Source: Oscillospiraceae bacterium
GTDB lineage: Bacteria > Bacillota > Clostridia > Oscillospirales > Oscillospiraceae
Length of the DNA: 64,000 bases
Reading direction: 5' to 3'
Assembly: GCA_015068035.1 (NCBI GenBank)
Contig: SVLI01000007.1
Span: forward strand, 31,176-95,175
Part shown: piece by piece, positions 1 through 8,964 of the stretch
How the letters are laid out: each line of letters begins with the position of its first letter
Position numbering within the stretch: the first letter of the stretch is position 1
Program-made: the position numbers and the translations under genes
Notes under the pieces: generated by a model
Seen by the model: only the letters and a program-made list of their open reading frames with translations
What the model was told of the DNA's origin: nothing
Databases searched by the model: none

Positions 1-1
1 T

Positions 2-1522
2 GTGCGCAATCTTCACGCTGCGGACATTGCGGAAATGGGCAAGCCGGAGATTGCGCCCGATCCCGATGTTTTCGCGGACGAAGTGTTTTTGATGTCCTCA
101 AACTCCTCCAATCATCTCAAAGTTTGCGGCTACACCGGCGAGCGGTTTTACTGGCAGGTCTGCAACAGCGCGAAAATCCTGCAGATGGGCCGCTCCATCC
201 AGAAGCATTACGAGGGCAACCTGAAGCAACTGACGATTTTGCCGTTTTATCACATTTTCGGTCTGGCGGCCGTGTATCTCTGGTTCTGTTTCTTCTCCCG
301 GACGCTGGTTTTCCTTCGGGATCTCAACCCGAAGACCATACTCAGCACCGTGAAAAAGCATAAGGTTACGCATATTTTTGCCGTTCCCGTGCTTTGGGAA
401 CGCCTGTATCAGTCCGCGATGCGGGAGATCCGCTCGCGCGGCGAAAAAACTTACGGCAAGTTCACGCACGGCATGCACCTTGCCGAAAAACTTAACGCCG
501 TTCCCCCGCTCGGAAAGCTGTTTTCCAAACTTGCTTTCCGTGAGGTTCGGGACAACATTTTCGGGCCGAGTGTTCAGTGCATGATCAACGGCGGCGGCGC
601 CATCTCGGCTGAGGCGATGAAGTTTATCAACAGCATCGGCTACCATCTCGTAAACGGCTACGGTATGACGGAAATCGGCATCACCTCGGTGGAGCTCTCC
701 GAGAAAACGAAGCAGATAGTTCTGGGTTCTGTCGGCAAGCCTTTCTCCTCGGTTGAGTACAGTCTCAACGCCGAAAACGAGCTTCTGGTTCGCGGGAATT
801 GCCTTGCGAGCGAAATCTATCAGGACGGGGTCTGGCGCAAGCTGTCCGCAGATGAATGGTTCAACACGCAGGACCTGTTCACGGAGCGAAACGGCGATTA
901 TTACATTGACGGCCGGACAGACGATCTCATCGTCTGCAGCAACGGCGAAAATCTCAACCCCAATCTGGTTGAACCGCTTCTGACGGCGGACGGGATTGAG
1001 CAGGTCTGCCTGATCCCCGCGGAGAATGTCTCCGGCAAGGCGGTCCTTCTGTGCAAGGTCAAGCGTTTTGCAAACAGAGATGCTCTGCTTGCGGTGCGCA
1101 AGAATTTGACCGAGAAAATCCGCACGCTTCGTCTCGACGGCGTCATCAGCGGCATCGTGTTTACCTCCACTCCCCTGCTGGAAGCGGACGATTTCAAGCT
1201 CAACCGCAAGAAAATCCGCAGACGTTTTCAGGCCGGCGCATTCCGGCTGATCGACCTTAGCGAGGATTCGCGCGCAATGGAAGAGGAAGACCGGGAGCTG
1301 GCAAAGGAAGTGGCACAGATTCTTGCCGCAGCGCTGGACCGTTCTGCGGATGAGATCACCCCCGACACGGATTTCTTCCTTGATCTTGGCGGCAGCAGTC
1401 TGGACTACTTTGCTGCCATGACGAATATACAAAACGAATACGGCGTACCTTTCCTGGCAGCCGATGGAACGGGCGCTGCAACCGTGCGCGAGATCGTGAC
1501 TTACATCAAAGCCAACGCGTAA
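2..1522 (+). CDS. Long-chain fatty-acid adenylating enzyme (AMP-binding superfamily) with fused C-terminal carrier-protein domain; 5' end lies outside the window
   Basis: The ORF is open at the window edge. AMP-binding motifs GYGMTE and YYIDGRTDDLIV are present, with a terminal Lys region FKLNRKKIRR. These are followed by the carrier motif FFLDLGGSSLDYF, whose Ser is the phosphopantetheine site. Confidence 0.85.
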   Translation: MRNLHAADIAEMGKPEIAPDPDVFADEVFLMSSNSSNHLKVCGYTGERFYWQVCNSAKILQMGRSIQKHYEGNLKQLTILPFYHIFGLAAVYLWFCFFSRTLVFLRDLNPKTILSTVKKHKVTHIFAVPVLWERLYQSAMREIRSRGEKTYGKFTHGMHLAEKLNAVPPLGKLFSKLAFREVRDNIFGPSVQCMINGGGAISAEAMKFINSIGYHLVNGYGMTEIGITSVELSEKTKQIVLGSVGKPFSSVEYSLNAENELLVRGNCLASEIYQDGVWRKLSADEWFNTQDLFTERNGDYYIDGRTDDLIVCSNGENLNPNLVEPLLTADGIEQVCLIPAENVSGKAVLLCKVKRFANRDALLAVRKNLTEKIRTLRLDGVISGIVFTSTPLLEADDFKLNRKKIRRRFQAGAFRLIDLSEDSRAMEEEDRELAKEVAQILAAALDRSADEITPDTDFFLDLGGSSLDYFAAMTNIQNEYGVPFLAADGTGAATVREIVTYIKANA

Positions 1523-1589
1523 ATCCGATCTTCCAGAAGGGCAAAGCGGCTATGTATGATTTTTATATTGATCAGTGAGGATGAATAGA

Positions 1590-2552
1590 ATGGAAAAGAA
1601 ATTTGTTATTCTTTGCGACGGATCCTGCGACCTGACCCGCGAACTCCGCGAAAAATATGACATCGAGTATATGGCCGGAGTTTTTTCCTATCCCGACGGT
1701 TTTGAGGAGGTCGGTTTCCTCGATTGGGCCGATTGTCAGCATATCCCGAACTGCACTTCGGAAATTTTCTATGAGCAGCTCAAAAAGAATCCGACCGGCT
1801 TCAAAACCGCGCCGGTTTCCCCGCAGGCCTGCTACCGCGAGATTGAGAAATATGTCAAGCAGGGCTACGGTGTCATGACGCTGTCGCTTTCTCAGGCTCT
1901 TTCCGGCGCCTACAGTTTTGTTCTGATGGCGAAGCAGAATATTGAGAAGAATTACCCGGATGCGGAGGTTTACTGCATTGACTCCCGGCGCTACGCCTGC
2001 GCAATCGGCCTGCTGGCCATTCATGCCTCCATGCTCCGCAGCGAGGGCAAGAGTCTGAAGGAAACCGTGGATTACATCGAGGCGAACAAAATCCGCTTCC
2101 ACCAGGCCGGCTGGGTAGACGATCTTTCCTATCTGGCCAAGCAGGGCCGTCTGACCAACTCCAAGGCCTTTTTCGGCTCGCTGATCGGCCTTAAACCCAT
2201 CGGGGAGCTGGACAGCAACGGCCTGACAACGATTATCGCCAAAGTCAAGGGTGAAAAGCTGGCCTTCAAGGTTCTTCTGTCCTATATGGAACTGGTGGGT
2301 GAGGATCTGGGCAATCAGGTCATCGTCATCTCCCAGTCGAACCGGAGAAAGCAGGCCGAAATTTATAAGCGCATGATTGAAGAGCGCTTCCATCCGGAAG
2401 CCGTCTATATCAGCGATGTGTTCCCGCTCACCGGCGTGAACGTAGGCCCCGGCCTGATGGCGGCATATTTCATGGGCAAGCCCATAACCGAGGGTCTCGT
2501 CGCCGAAACCGAGGCCATCAACAAGGCGATTGAACTCAACTCCAAGGCGTAA
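1590..2552 (+). CDS. DegV family fatty-acid-binding protein (FakB-like)
   Basis: ORF 1575..2552. The ATG at 1590 lies 9 nt after GTGAGG. The N-terminal FVILCDGSCDL and a length of about 320 aa are typical of DegV. Confidence 0.85.
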   Translation: MEKKFVILCDGSCDLTRELREKYDIEYMAGVFSYPDGFEEVGFLDWADCQHIPNCTSEIFYEQLKKNPTGFKTAPVSPQACYREIEKYVKQGYGVMTLSLSQALSGAYSFVLMAKQNIEKNYPDAEVYCIDSRRYACAIGLLAIHASMLRSEGKSLKETVDYIEANKIRFHQAGWVDDLSYLAKQGRLTNSKAFFGSLIGLKPIGELDSNGLTTIIAKVKGEKLAFKVLLSYMELVGEDLGNQVIVISQSNRRKQAEIYKRMIEERFHPEAVYISDVFPLTGVNVGPGLMAAYFMGKPITEGLVAETEAINKAIELNSKA

Positions 2553-2610
2553 GCGAACATTTCAACAAACGCACAGTCGACCCCCTAAGATATATGCGAA
2601 GGTGATATTG

Positions 2611-3975
2611 ATGCGGATTATTCGATCAAAATGGAAACTGTTTTTTTACGGCATGGGCGCCATGGGCGTCAACATGCTCAACCTCATTGTCGGTTCCTAT
2701 CTTTGCGACGCGCTTATGACCGAGGGCTTCGCGCAGGAGATTGAATACTGGACCTATGCCAACACGACGCTGGTCGTGGCGGGAATTTGGTCTGTTCTGA
2801 TTGCGGTCTCCAAGATACTTGATGGCTTGATTGACATTCCGCTTGCATCTTTTGCGGACAACCTCAAATCGAAATGGGGCAGACGGCGGCCCGCCCTCCT
2901 AATTGGTCTGTTTCCGATGATCCTGGCTTACATCGGCTTTCTCAATCCCATCGCGGGGCCGGTCAAAAGCCTTGTCAACACCATTTGGTGCGGTGTGATG
3001 CTCTGCATTTTCTATTCGTTTTACACGCTTACCATGGGCACCTATTACGCCACGTTCTCCGAGATCGTGGATAATGACGGTGATCGTCTCTCCCTTTCCA
3101 ACTTCAAAACCGTTTTTGACATTGTTTACTACGTGATGGGTTATGCACTCATCCCGCTGATGATCTCTGCGCGCATCAACATCCGGATCGTCGGCTACAT
3201 TTTCCTGCCGCTGGTTCTGCTGATGCTCATCCCGATTTCCCTCATCAAAGAACCCTCGTCCCTGGACAAGGACCGCAATGATGCACAGAAAAAAGAAATT
3301 CATGTGGGCATGGTGCAGTCCTTCAAATACTGCATTGCCAACAAGTCTTTCGTGATTTGGATGGTAATTTACTGTTTCCTGCAGTTCGGCCTGCAAATTT
3401 ACATCACCGGTCAAAACGTATACTATTCCGGCATCATGAATCTTCAGGGTTTTCAGATGACGATTCTGATGGCATGTGTCTATGCGCCGGTTCCGTTCAC
3501 CCTGATTTTGTATAACCGCATCGTCCGAAAGCGCGGCCTGCGGACAGGTTATCTGTTTTCGCTTTCTGCTTTCACCATCGCCATGGTCTTCATGCTGATT
3601 TGCCGGGCCGATATTCTGAAAGACGTTACACTCCGGCTCGTCGTTGCCGCAATCGGATCGGTCATTTCATCCTTCGGCATCGGATGCTTTTTCTCCATCA
3701 ACTACACGGTCCCCTCTTCGCTCGCGGATGCAGAATATCGGCAAACCGGCATCACACATCCGACCATGTTCTTTGCCGTGCAGGGGCTGTCCTCCGCAAT
3801 CGCCACGGCGATCGCAACGGGACCTGTGTGGGTTAATCTGAAAGGTGCCGGACTGACATGGCTGCTGCCGGTTGTTGCCATTGCCGGAACTGCTGTGTCT
3901 TTCGGCCTTACGTTCCTGCTCCCGAAGGAACTCGGCATGATCGGAAAAACGCCGGACGAAGAAACCGCCGGATAA
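2611..3975 (+). CDS. MFS transporter, GPH/MFS_2 (MelB/Mfsd2a-like) family
   Basis: ORF 2530..3975. The internal ATG at 2611 (MRIIRSKWKLFFYGMGAMG) starts the hydrophobic core. The GPH-type loop LDGLIDIPLASFADNLKSKWGRRRPALL is present, and hydrophobicity suggests about 12 TM segments. Confidence 0.8.
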   Translation: MRIIRSKWKLFFYGMGAMGVNMLNLIVGSYLCDALMTEGFAQEIEYWTYANTTLVVAGIWSVLIAVSKILDGLIDIPLASFADNLKSKWGRRRPALLIGLFPMILAYIGFLNPIAGPVKSLVNTIWCGVMLCIFYSFYTLTMGTYYATFSEIVDNDGDRLSLSNFKTVFDIVYYVMGYALIPLMISARINIRIVGYIFLPLVLLMLIPISLIKEPSSLDKDRNDAQKKEIHVGMVQSFKYCIANKSFVIWMVIYCFLQFGLQIYITGQNVYYSGIMNLQGFQMTILMACVYAPVPFTLILYNRIVRKRGLRTGYLFSLSAFTIAMVFMLICRADILKDVTLRLVVAAIGSVISSFGIGCFFSINYTVPSSLADAEYRQTGITHPTMFFAVQGLSSAIATAIATGPVWVNLKGAGLTWLLPVVAIAGTAVSFGLTFLLPKELGMIGKTPDEETAG

Positions 3976-4008
3976 ACCACAAACAACTGCAAGGATACGA
4001 TTTGATTT

Positions 4009-5631
4009 ATGGAACATTTCTGCATTGACGGCATTGTTTTTGCGCAGATGCTTTGGAACGGACTGAAGAATCTGAAGCTCTGCGAAAGTGAGATCAACGA
4101 CATGAATGTGTTTCCCGTCCCGGACGGAGACACGGGCACAAACATGCGCAGCACGCTGGAATACGGCTTGCGGCAGGCGGAGCCTTGCCCGGAGTTGGGT
4201 GGCTACCTCGCTTCGTTTGAAAACAGTGTCCTTCTTGGCGCGCGCGGCAACTCGGGCGTCATCCTGTCCCAGATCTTCAAGGGCATCAGCTCGGCGCTCA
4301 CGGGCACGGCGGAAGCCGGAGCTTCGGAGTTTGCCGATGCCCTCACCCGCGCCTATAAAACCGCATACGATGCCGTCCTCAACCCGGTTGAAGGCACGAT
4401 TCTGACCGTCGTGCGCGAGAGTATTGAAAGCGCAAAAGCACAGATGCCATCCGACGCTTCTGTGGAGGAACTTCTGCGCCTGTATATCGCAGAGATGCAC
4501 GCTTCCCTGCTGCGCACCCCTGCCCTGCTGCCCGTTCTCAAAAGTGCAGGCCTTGTGGACAGCGGCGCGCTCGGCTATATCCGCATTCTTGAGGGCATGC
4601 TCATGTCGCTGCACGGGGAGATGCTCCAGCTGGATGAATCGTTTGAAACATCGGCGGTCGCGCCCCCCATTGACGACAGTTCCTTCACCGCCGACTCCTC
4701 GTTTGGCTACGGCTATTGCCTGGAATTTCTGCTCCAGCTGATGAATAACCGCACCGACGTGCAGAACTTTAACGTGGACGACTACACCGCCCGAATTACG
4801 CCTTTCGGCGATTCTTTGATCGTTACGCAGGTGAAGGACCGCATCAAGGTTCATATCCACACCTTCAAACCCGAACATGTTATGGAACTCAGCCGCAAAT
4901 ACGGAGAGTTTCTGACCTTTAAGCTTGACAATATGCAGCTGCAGCATAATGAATTCAGCGCTGCGAAGAAAGAACACAAGCCTTTGGCTCTTCTCGCCGT
5001 TGCGGATGGCGAAGGTTTTGCCGAGCTATTTGAGGGCCTGGGCTGTGATCTTGTTCTCATGGGCGGAAAAACCATGAGCGTGTCGGTCGGGGAATTCATC
5101 GAGGCCTATAAGTCACTGTCTGCCGATCGCATCCTGATCCTGCCGAATGACAAAAACATTGCCCGCACGGCAAAGCAGGCCGCGCAGATATACGGCGAAG
5201 AAACACTGGAATTTCTTGACACGGAAAACATGGTGCAGGGATATTTCTCCCTGGCCTCTGATATGCCTTGCGATGACATCGACGAGCGCATTGCCTGTCT
5301 GCGCCAGGGCTGCGACGGCGTGGATGTGATTGAGATCAGCCGCTCCACGCGTGATATTGTTTATAACGGCGTGGAGTGCCGCATCGGTCAGGTCGTCACG
5401 CTTATCAACGGAGATGTGAAGTTCTGTGGCGAAGATGTATTCGCCGCGGTTGAATCCGCACTGGAAAGCATGGACGCCAACGAGCGGGACACCGTGGTTG
5501 TCTTCACCGGTAAAGATTATGGGGACAACGATGCTTTGGAGGCCAGGCTTGTAGAGCAGTTCCCCGATGTGGAGCTCCTGCTGATTTACGGTGGGCAAAG
5601 CACCAGCGAACTGATAATCGGAGTGATCTGA
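4009..5631 (+). CDS. DAK2-domain protein, YloV/FakA-like (fatty-acid kinase ATP-binding subunit)
   Basis: 540 aa. The Dak2 nucleotide-binding motif FPVPDGDTGTNM is present. Length and three-part architecture match YloV/FakA. Confidence 0.8.
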   Translation: MEHFCIDGIVFAQMLWNGLKNLKLCESEINDMNVFPVPDGDTGTNMRSTLEYGLRQAEPCPELGGYLASFENSVLLGARGNSGVILSQIFKGISSALTGTAEAGASEFADALTRAYKTAYDAVLNPVEGTILTVVRESIESAKAQMPSDASVEELLRLYIAEMHASLLRTPALLPVLKSAGLVDSGALGYIRILEGMLMSLHGEMLQLDESFETSAVAPPIDDSSFTADSSFGYGYCLEFLLQLMNNRTDVQNFNVDDYTARITPFGDSLIVTQVKDRIKVHIHTFKPEHVMELSRKYGEFLTFKLDNMQLQHNEFSAAKKEHKPLALLAVADGEGFAELFEGLGCDLVLMGGKTMSVSVGEFIEAYKSLSADRILILPNDKNIARTAKQAAQIYGEETLEFLDTENMVQGYFSLASDMPCDDIDERIACLRQGCDGVDVIEISRSTRDIVYNGVECRIGQVVTLINGDVKFCGEDVFAAVESALESMDANERDTVVVFTGKDYGDNDALEARLVEQFPDVELLLIYGGQSTSELIIGVI

Positions 5632-5634
5632 ATC

Positions 5635-6618
5635 ATGGAAATCGTCTTATGGATCATCGTAGGCCTTCTGGCCGCGCCGCTGCTGTTCTATTTTTTCCCG
5701 ACATTTTTGGTGTCCGCCGTTTTGTATCGACGGACTTTGGTGCGCGAATCGGCAGAATCCTGGGGACGGGCCTGCAGCGAGCCGGAGGACGCCGAGACGA
5801 TGGATATGTTTCAGCGGGGCCTCGCCTGGCGGGATGCGCATATTTCTTTTAAGAAAGATGTACATATTGTCAGTGAGAAACTCAATCTTTGGGGCGAGTA
5901 TTTCGATTTTGGCTATGACAAGGCCGTGATCATCATCCCCGGGCGGATGGAAAGCTGCTTCTACTCCCTGTATTATGCAGCGCCGTACAGAGACGCCGGC
6001 TACAACGTGCTGACGATTGACAGCCGTGCGCACGGACTTTCTGACGGGAAGCGCAGCGGCATCGGACTTCGGGAATACCGTGACGTGATCGAATGGGGAA
6101 AATTCCTCACAGAAACACACGGCGTGAAAGAGATCGTGCTGCACGGCATGTGCATTGGTGCTGCCACGGCGCTCTATGCCCTGAATGCAGCGGATGTTCC
6201 CGAAAACTTCACGGCCATCATCGCAGACGGCATGTATTCCACCTTTGCTGAGTCCTACCGGCGGCATATCGTGGAGCGCGGACATCCGGCTTTTCCGTTC
6301 CTTTGGGAAGTTATGCTGATCGAGCGGATTCTGGTCGGTGTCGATGCGATGCACAACGGCCCGATGTACTGCATCGATCAACTCAAAAAACCGATCCTTT
6401 TCCTTTATACAAAAGAGGACAAATATGCATCTCCCGAAATTGCGGAGATGCTTTACGGCAAATGCGTCGCGCCGAAGAGACTTGTCTGGTTTGAAAAGGG
6501 CAAGCACTCGCGCATCCGCATCAATGCCGAGAAAGCATATGACGATGCCATAACGGCATTTCTTGCGGAAAAGGCTGTGCTGCAGCCGGAAACAGCCGCG
6601 GTGAATCCAGAAAGATAA
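5635..6618 (+). CDS. Alpha/beta-fold hydrolase with Cys in the nucleophile elbow; N-terminal TM anchor
   Basis: The elbow reads IVLHGMCIGAA (G-x-C-x-G, Cys173, codon 6151-6153). Candidate Asp (YTKEDKY) and His (EKGKHSR) follow. The N-terminus is hydrophobic (MEIVLWIIVGLLAAPLLFYFF). Confidence 0.75.
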   Translation: MEIVLWIIVGLLAAPLLFYFFPTFLVSAVLYRRTLVRESAESWGRACSEPEDAETMDMFQRGLAWRDAHISFKKDVHIVSEKLNLWGEYFDFGYDKAVIIIPGRMESCFYSLYYAAPYRDAGYNVLTIDSRAHGLSDGKRSGIGLREYRDVIEWGKFLTETHGVKEIVLHGMCIGAATALYALNAADVPENFTAIIADGMYSTFAESYRRHIVERGHPAFPFLWEVMLIERILVGVDAMHNGPMYCIDQLKKPILFLYTKEDKYASPEIAEMLYGKCVAPKRLVWFEKGKHSRIRINAEKAYDDAITAFLAEKAVLQPETAAVNPER

Positions 6619-6625
6619 GAGGCGT

Positions 6626-7561
6626 TTGACATTGCGAAAATCAAAAAAAGTCTACTCGGGGCTTGACAGTTTGCCGCACGGCATGGCATCGACCGAGATC
6701 ACGCCCGGTTGTGTGGCTTTGGAGGGCGGGGCACTGCGCGGCGTCTACACCTCCGGTGTGCTGGATGCCCTTATGGAAGCCGGCATTAACTTCCAGTGCA
6801 CAGTCGGCATTTCCGCAGGCGCACTCACCGGAATCAACTACGTCTCCGGTCAGATCGGCCGCAGCGCCGCGACAAGCCTGCGCTATGCGCGCGACACGAG
6901 ATTCATGGGGCCCAAGGCCTATCGACGCAACAAATGCATCGTCGGCTTTGATTACATCTACAACGAGATCAACAAGGCATACCCGCTCGATAAAAAACGT
7001 TTTTTTGACCCGGCGCGCCGTTTTGTTGCCGTTGCAACGAACTGCCGGACGGGCGAGCCCACATACTTTGACCGCGACACCTGTTCGGACATTTTTCAGG
7101 CCGTGAAGGCCTCCTCCTCCATCCCCTACGCCTCGAAGATGACTATGATCGACGGCGATCCCTATCTGGATGGCGGCTGCTCCGTCAAAGTTCCGTATGC
7201 CTGGGCGCTGGAGCAGGGCTATGAAAAAGTCGTCGTGATCCGCACGCTGACTGCGGACTATCGCAACCGCGTCACGCCCCGCATGTATACCGACAAGGTG
7301 CCGCTGCTGATGGGCCTGTTTTACAGGAAATATCCGGAGCTTCTCCGCAAGCTTATGGCTACCGAACCGCGTGGCAACGCAGAGTTTGAAGAGATGCAGC
7401 GTCTGCATGACGAAGGCCGGATCTTTATGATCTGCCCGTCCAGAGACCTTGGGTTCGACATGGTCATGCGGGATATGGAAAAGCTCGGCGCCATTTATTA
7501 TCTCGGCTATGAGGACGGAAAGGCCGCCATAGAGCCTTTGCGCGCCTACCTCGCCAAATGA
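6626..7561 (+). CDS. Patatin-like phospholipase
   Basis: Three patatin motifs are present: oxyanion GGALRG, nucleophile GISAGA, and catalytic Asp in YLDGG. The track start is TTG at 6626; an alternative ATG lies at 6683. Confidence 0.85.
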   Translation: MTLRKSKKVYSGLDSLPHGMASTEITPGCVALEGGALRGVYTSGVLDALMEAGINFQCTVGISAGALTGINYVSGQIGRSAATSLRYARDTRFMGPKAYRRNKCIVGFDYIYNEINKAYPLDKKRFFDPARRFVAVATNCRTGEPTYFDRDTCSDIFQAVKASSSIPYASKMTMIDGDPYLDGGCSVKVPYAWALEQGYEKVVVIRTLTADYRNRVTPRMYTDKVPLLMGLFYRKYPELLRKLMATEPRGNAEFEEMQRLHDEGRIFMICPSRDLGFDMVMRDMEKLGAIYYLGYEDGKAAIEPLRAYLAK

Positions 7562-7586
7562 GCAAATCCCCCTGTGAAGGGAGAGA

Positions 7587-8255
7587 ATGAGAATGAAATT
7601 TACCTTTCTCAGCAAGGCGTTTATGGCCTTCGTGCGCATAACCGGCCTTATTCCCTACGCGCTGTGTTTCAAAACGAAGGTTCACTGCGCGAACGGAAAC
7701 CGCGCGCTGCGTCATCCTAAGGGCAGCGCCATCATCATTTCCAACCACACCTCGGTGTTTGACTACGCGGTGCTGTTGTTTACCTATCCGCTGCGATACA
7801 TCCGCTGCCAGATCGCGGAGCTGATGTTCCGCAAGCCGGTGATCGGGCCTTTCCTGCGCGCGATGGGCGGCATCTACGTCAATCGGGACAGCTTTGATTT
7901 CTCTTTTGTGGAGGAATCGCTGGAGATTCTGGATAACGGCGGCGTTGTAGCCGTCTTTCCTGAGAGCCGCATCCCTTTGGCGGGCGAGGCACTGCCCCTG
8001 CCGTTTAAGCAGAGCCCCACGCTGATCGCCGCGCGCAGCCGCGCTCCCATCTATTTGATGTATACCGACGGCTGCTATTTCAAAAAAAAGCGGGCGCATG
8101 TCCTGCTGGACGGCCCGGTATATGTGCAGGATTTTTGGGACGATACGAAAAGCGAAAAAGAAAACCTCGCCTCGGTCACGGAATTGCTTCGGAAGAAGAT
8201 CGCAGAGATGGGGCAGGAACTTGAAAGCCTGAAAGCAAAGAAGAAGGAAAAGTGA
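7587..8255 (+). CDS. PlsC-type lysophospholipid/1-acylglycerol-3-phosphate acyltransferase
   Basis: The HX4D motif NHTSVFD is present, followed by a VAVFPESR block. A GAAGGGAGAG RBS region lies upstream. Confidence 0.8.
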   Translation: MRMKFTFLSKAFMAFVRITGLIPYALCFKTKVHCANGNRALRHPKGSAIIISNHTSVFDYAVLLFTYPLRYIRCQIAELMFRKPVIGPFLRAMGGIYVNRDSFDFSFVEESLEILDNGGVVAVFPESRIPLAGEALPLPFKQSPTLIAARSRAPIYLMYTDGCYFKKKRAHVLLDGPVYVQDFWDDTKSEKENLASVTELLRKKIAEMGQELESLKAKKKEK

Positions 8256-8264
8256 GCGCTGCAA

Positions 8265-8963
8265 ATGAATCCATGCAACACACAAAATGAAGAAAAAAAA
8301 GAAAAGAAGCTCCGCGCAAAGCTTCTGAGCCTCCGTTATTTGGTGTTGGACAGCGGCAGAGTGATTGCCGGTCCGTTTGTCCTGCTTTATTTCAGGCCGA
8401 AGTTTTACTATGAAAATGCGGCCGCCCGCAGGAAACTGCGCGGAAACGCGCTGGTCATTGCAAACCATCCCGGACAGTTTGACTGCGTGAAGCTCCTTGT
8501 CGCAGTCTGGTACAGGCGGCTGCACATAATCGCAACAAAAGATATCTTCGAGCGGAGCAAATTCGCCAACTGGTTCTACACGCAGTGCCAGTGCATCAAG
8601 GTGGACAAGGACAACTTCAACTATGACACCTTCCTCACCGTACAGGAGCGGCTTGCCGGCGGCTGTGTCGTGGGGCTGTTCCCGGAAGGACAGGTGAGCG
8701 CTTCGGACGAGGGTGTTTCCGCGTTCAAATCCGGCGTAACGCTTATGGCGATGAAAAGCGGCGCACCCGTTCAGCCCATTTTCATTGCAGAGCGTAAAAA
8801 CGTGTTCCAGCGGCTGCGCATCGCGGTTGGTGAACCGATTCACGTGGACGAGCTGAGCAAGGACAAGCCGGCCATGCTTGCGATTCAGGAAGCCACGCAG
8901 AAAATCCGTGAAAAAGAACTGGAGCTTAAACAATTGATAGATACAGAAAGGCAGGAAAGATAA
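8265..8963 (+). CDS. PlsC-type acyltransferase (second paralogue)
   Basis: The HX4D motif NHPGQFD and the block GLFPEGQ are present. Confidence 0.8.
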   Translation: MNPCNTQNEEKKEKKLRAKLLSLRYLVLDSGRVIAGPFVLLYFRPKFYYENAAARRKLRGNALVIANHPGQFDCVKLLVAVWYRRLHIIATKDIFERSKFANWFYTQCQCIKVDKDNFNYDTFLTVQERLAGGCVVGLFPEGQVSASDEGVSAFKSGVTLMAMKSGAPVQPIFIAERKNVFQRLRIAVGEPIHVDELSKDKPAMLAIQEATQKIREKELELKQLIDTERQER

Positions 8964-8964
8964 C

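Noticed and set aside
98-1432. 444-aa minus-strand ORF opposite the first adenylase, plus similar ones at 38364..39674, 42518..43828, 36888..37775 and 49930..51084
   Set aside because: All are antisense to motif-supported genes and have no recognisable domains. They are GC-driven open frames.
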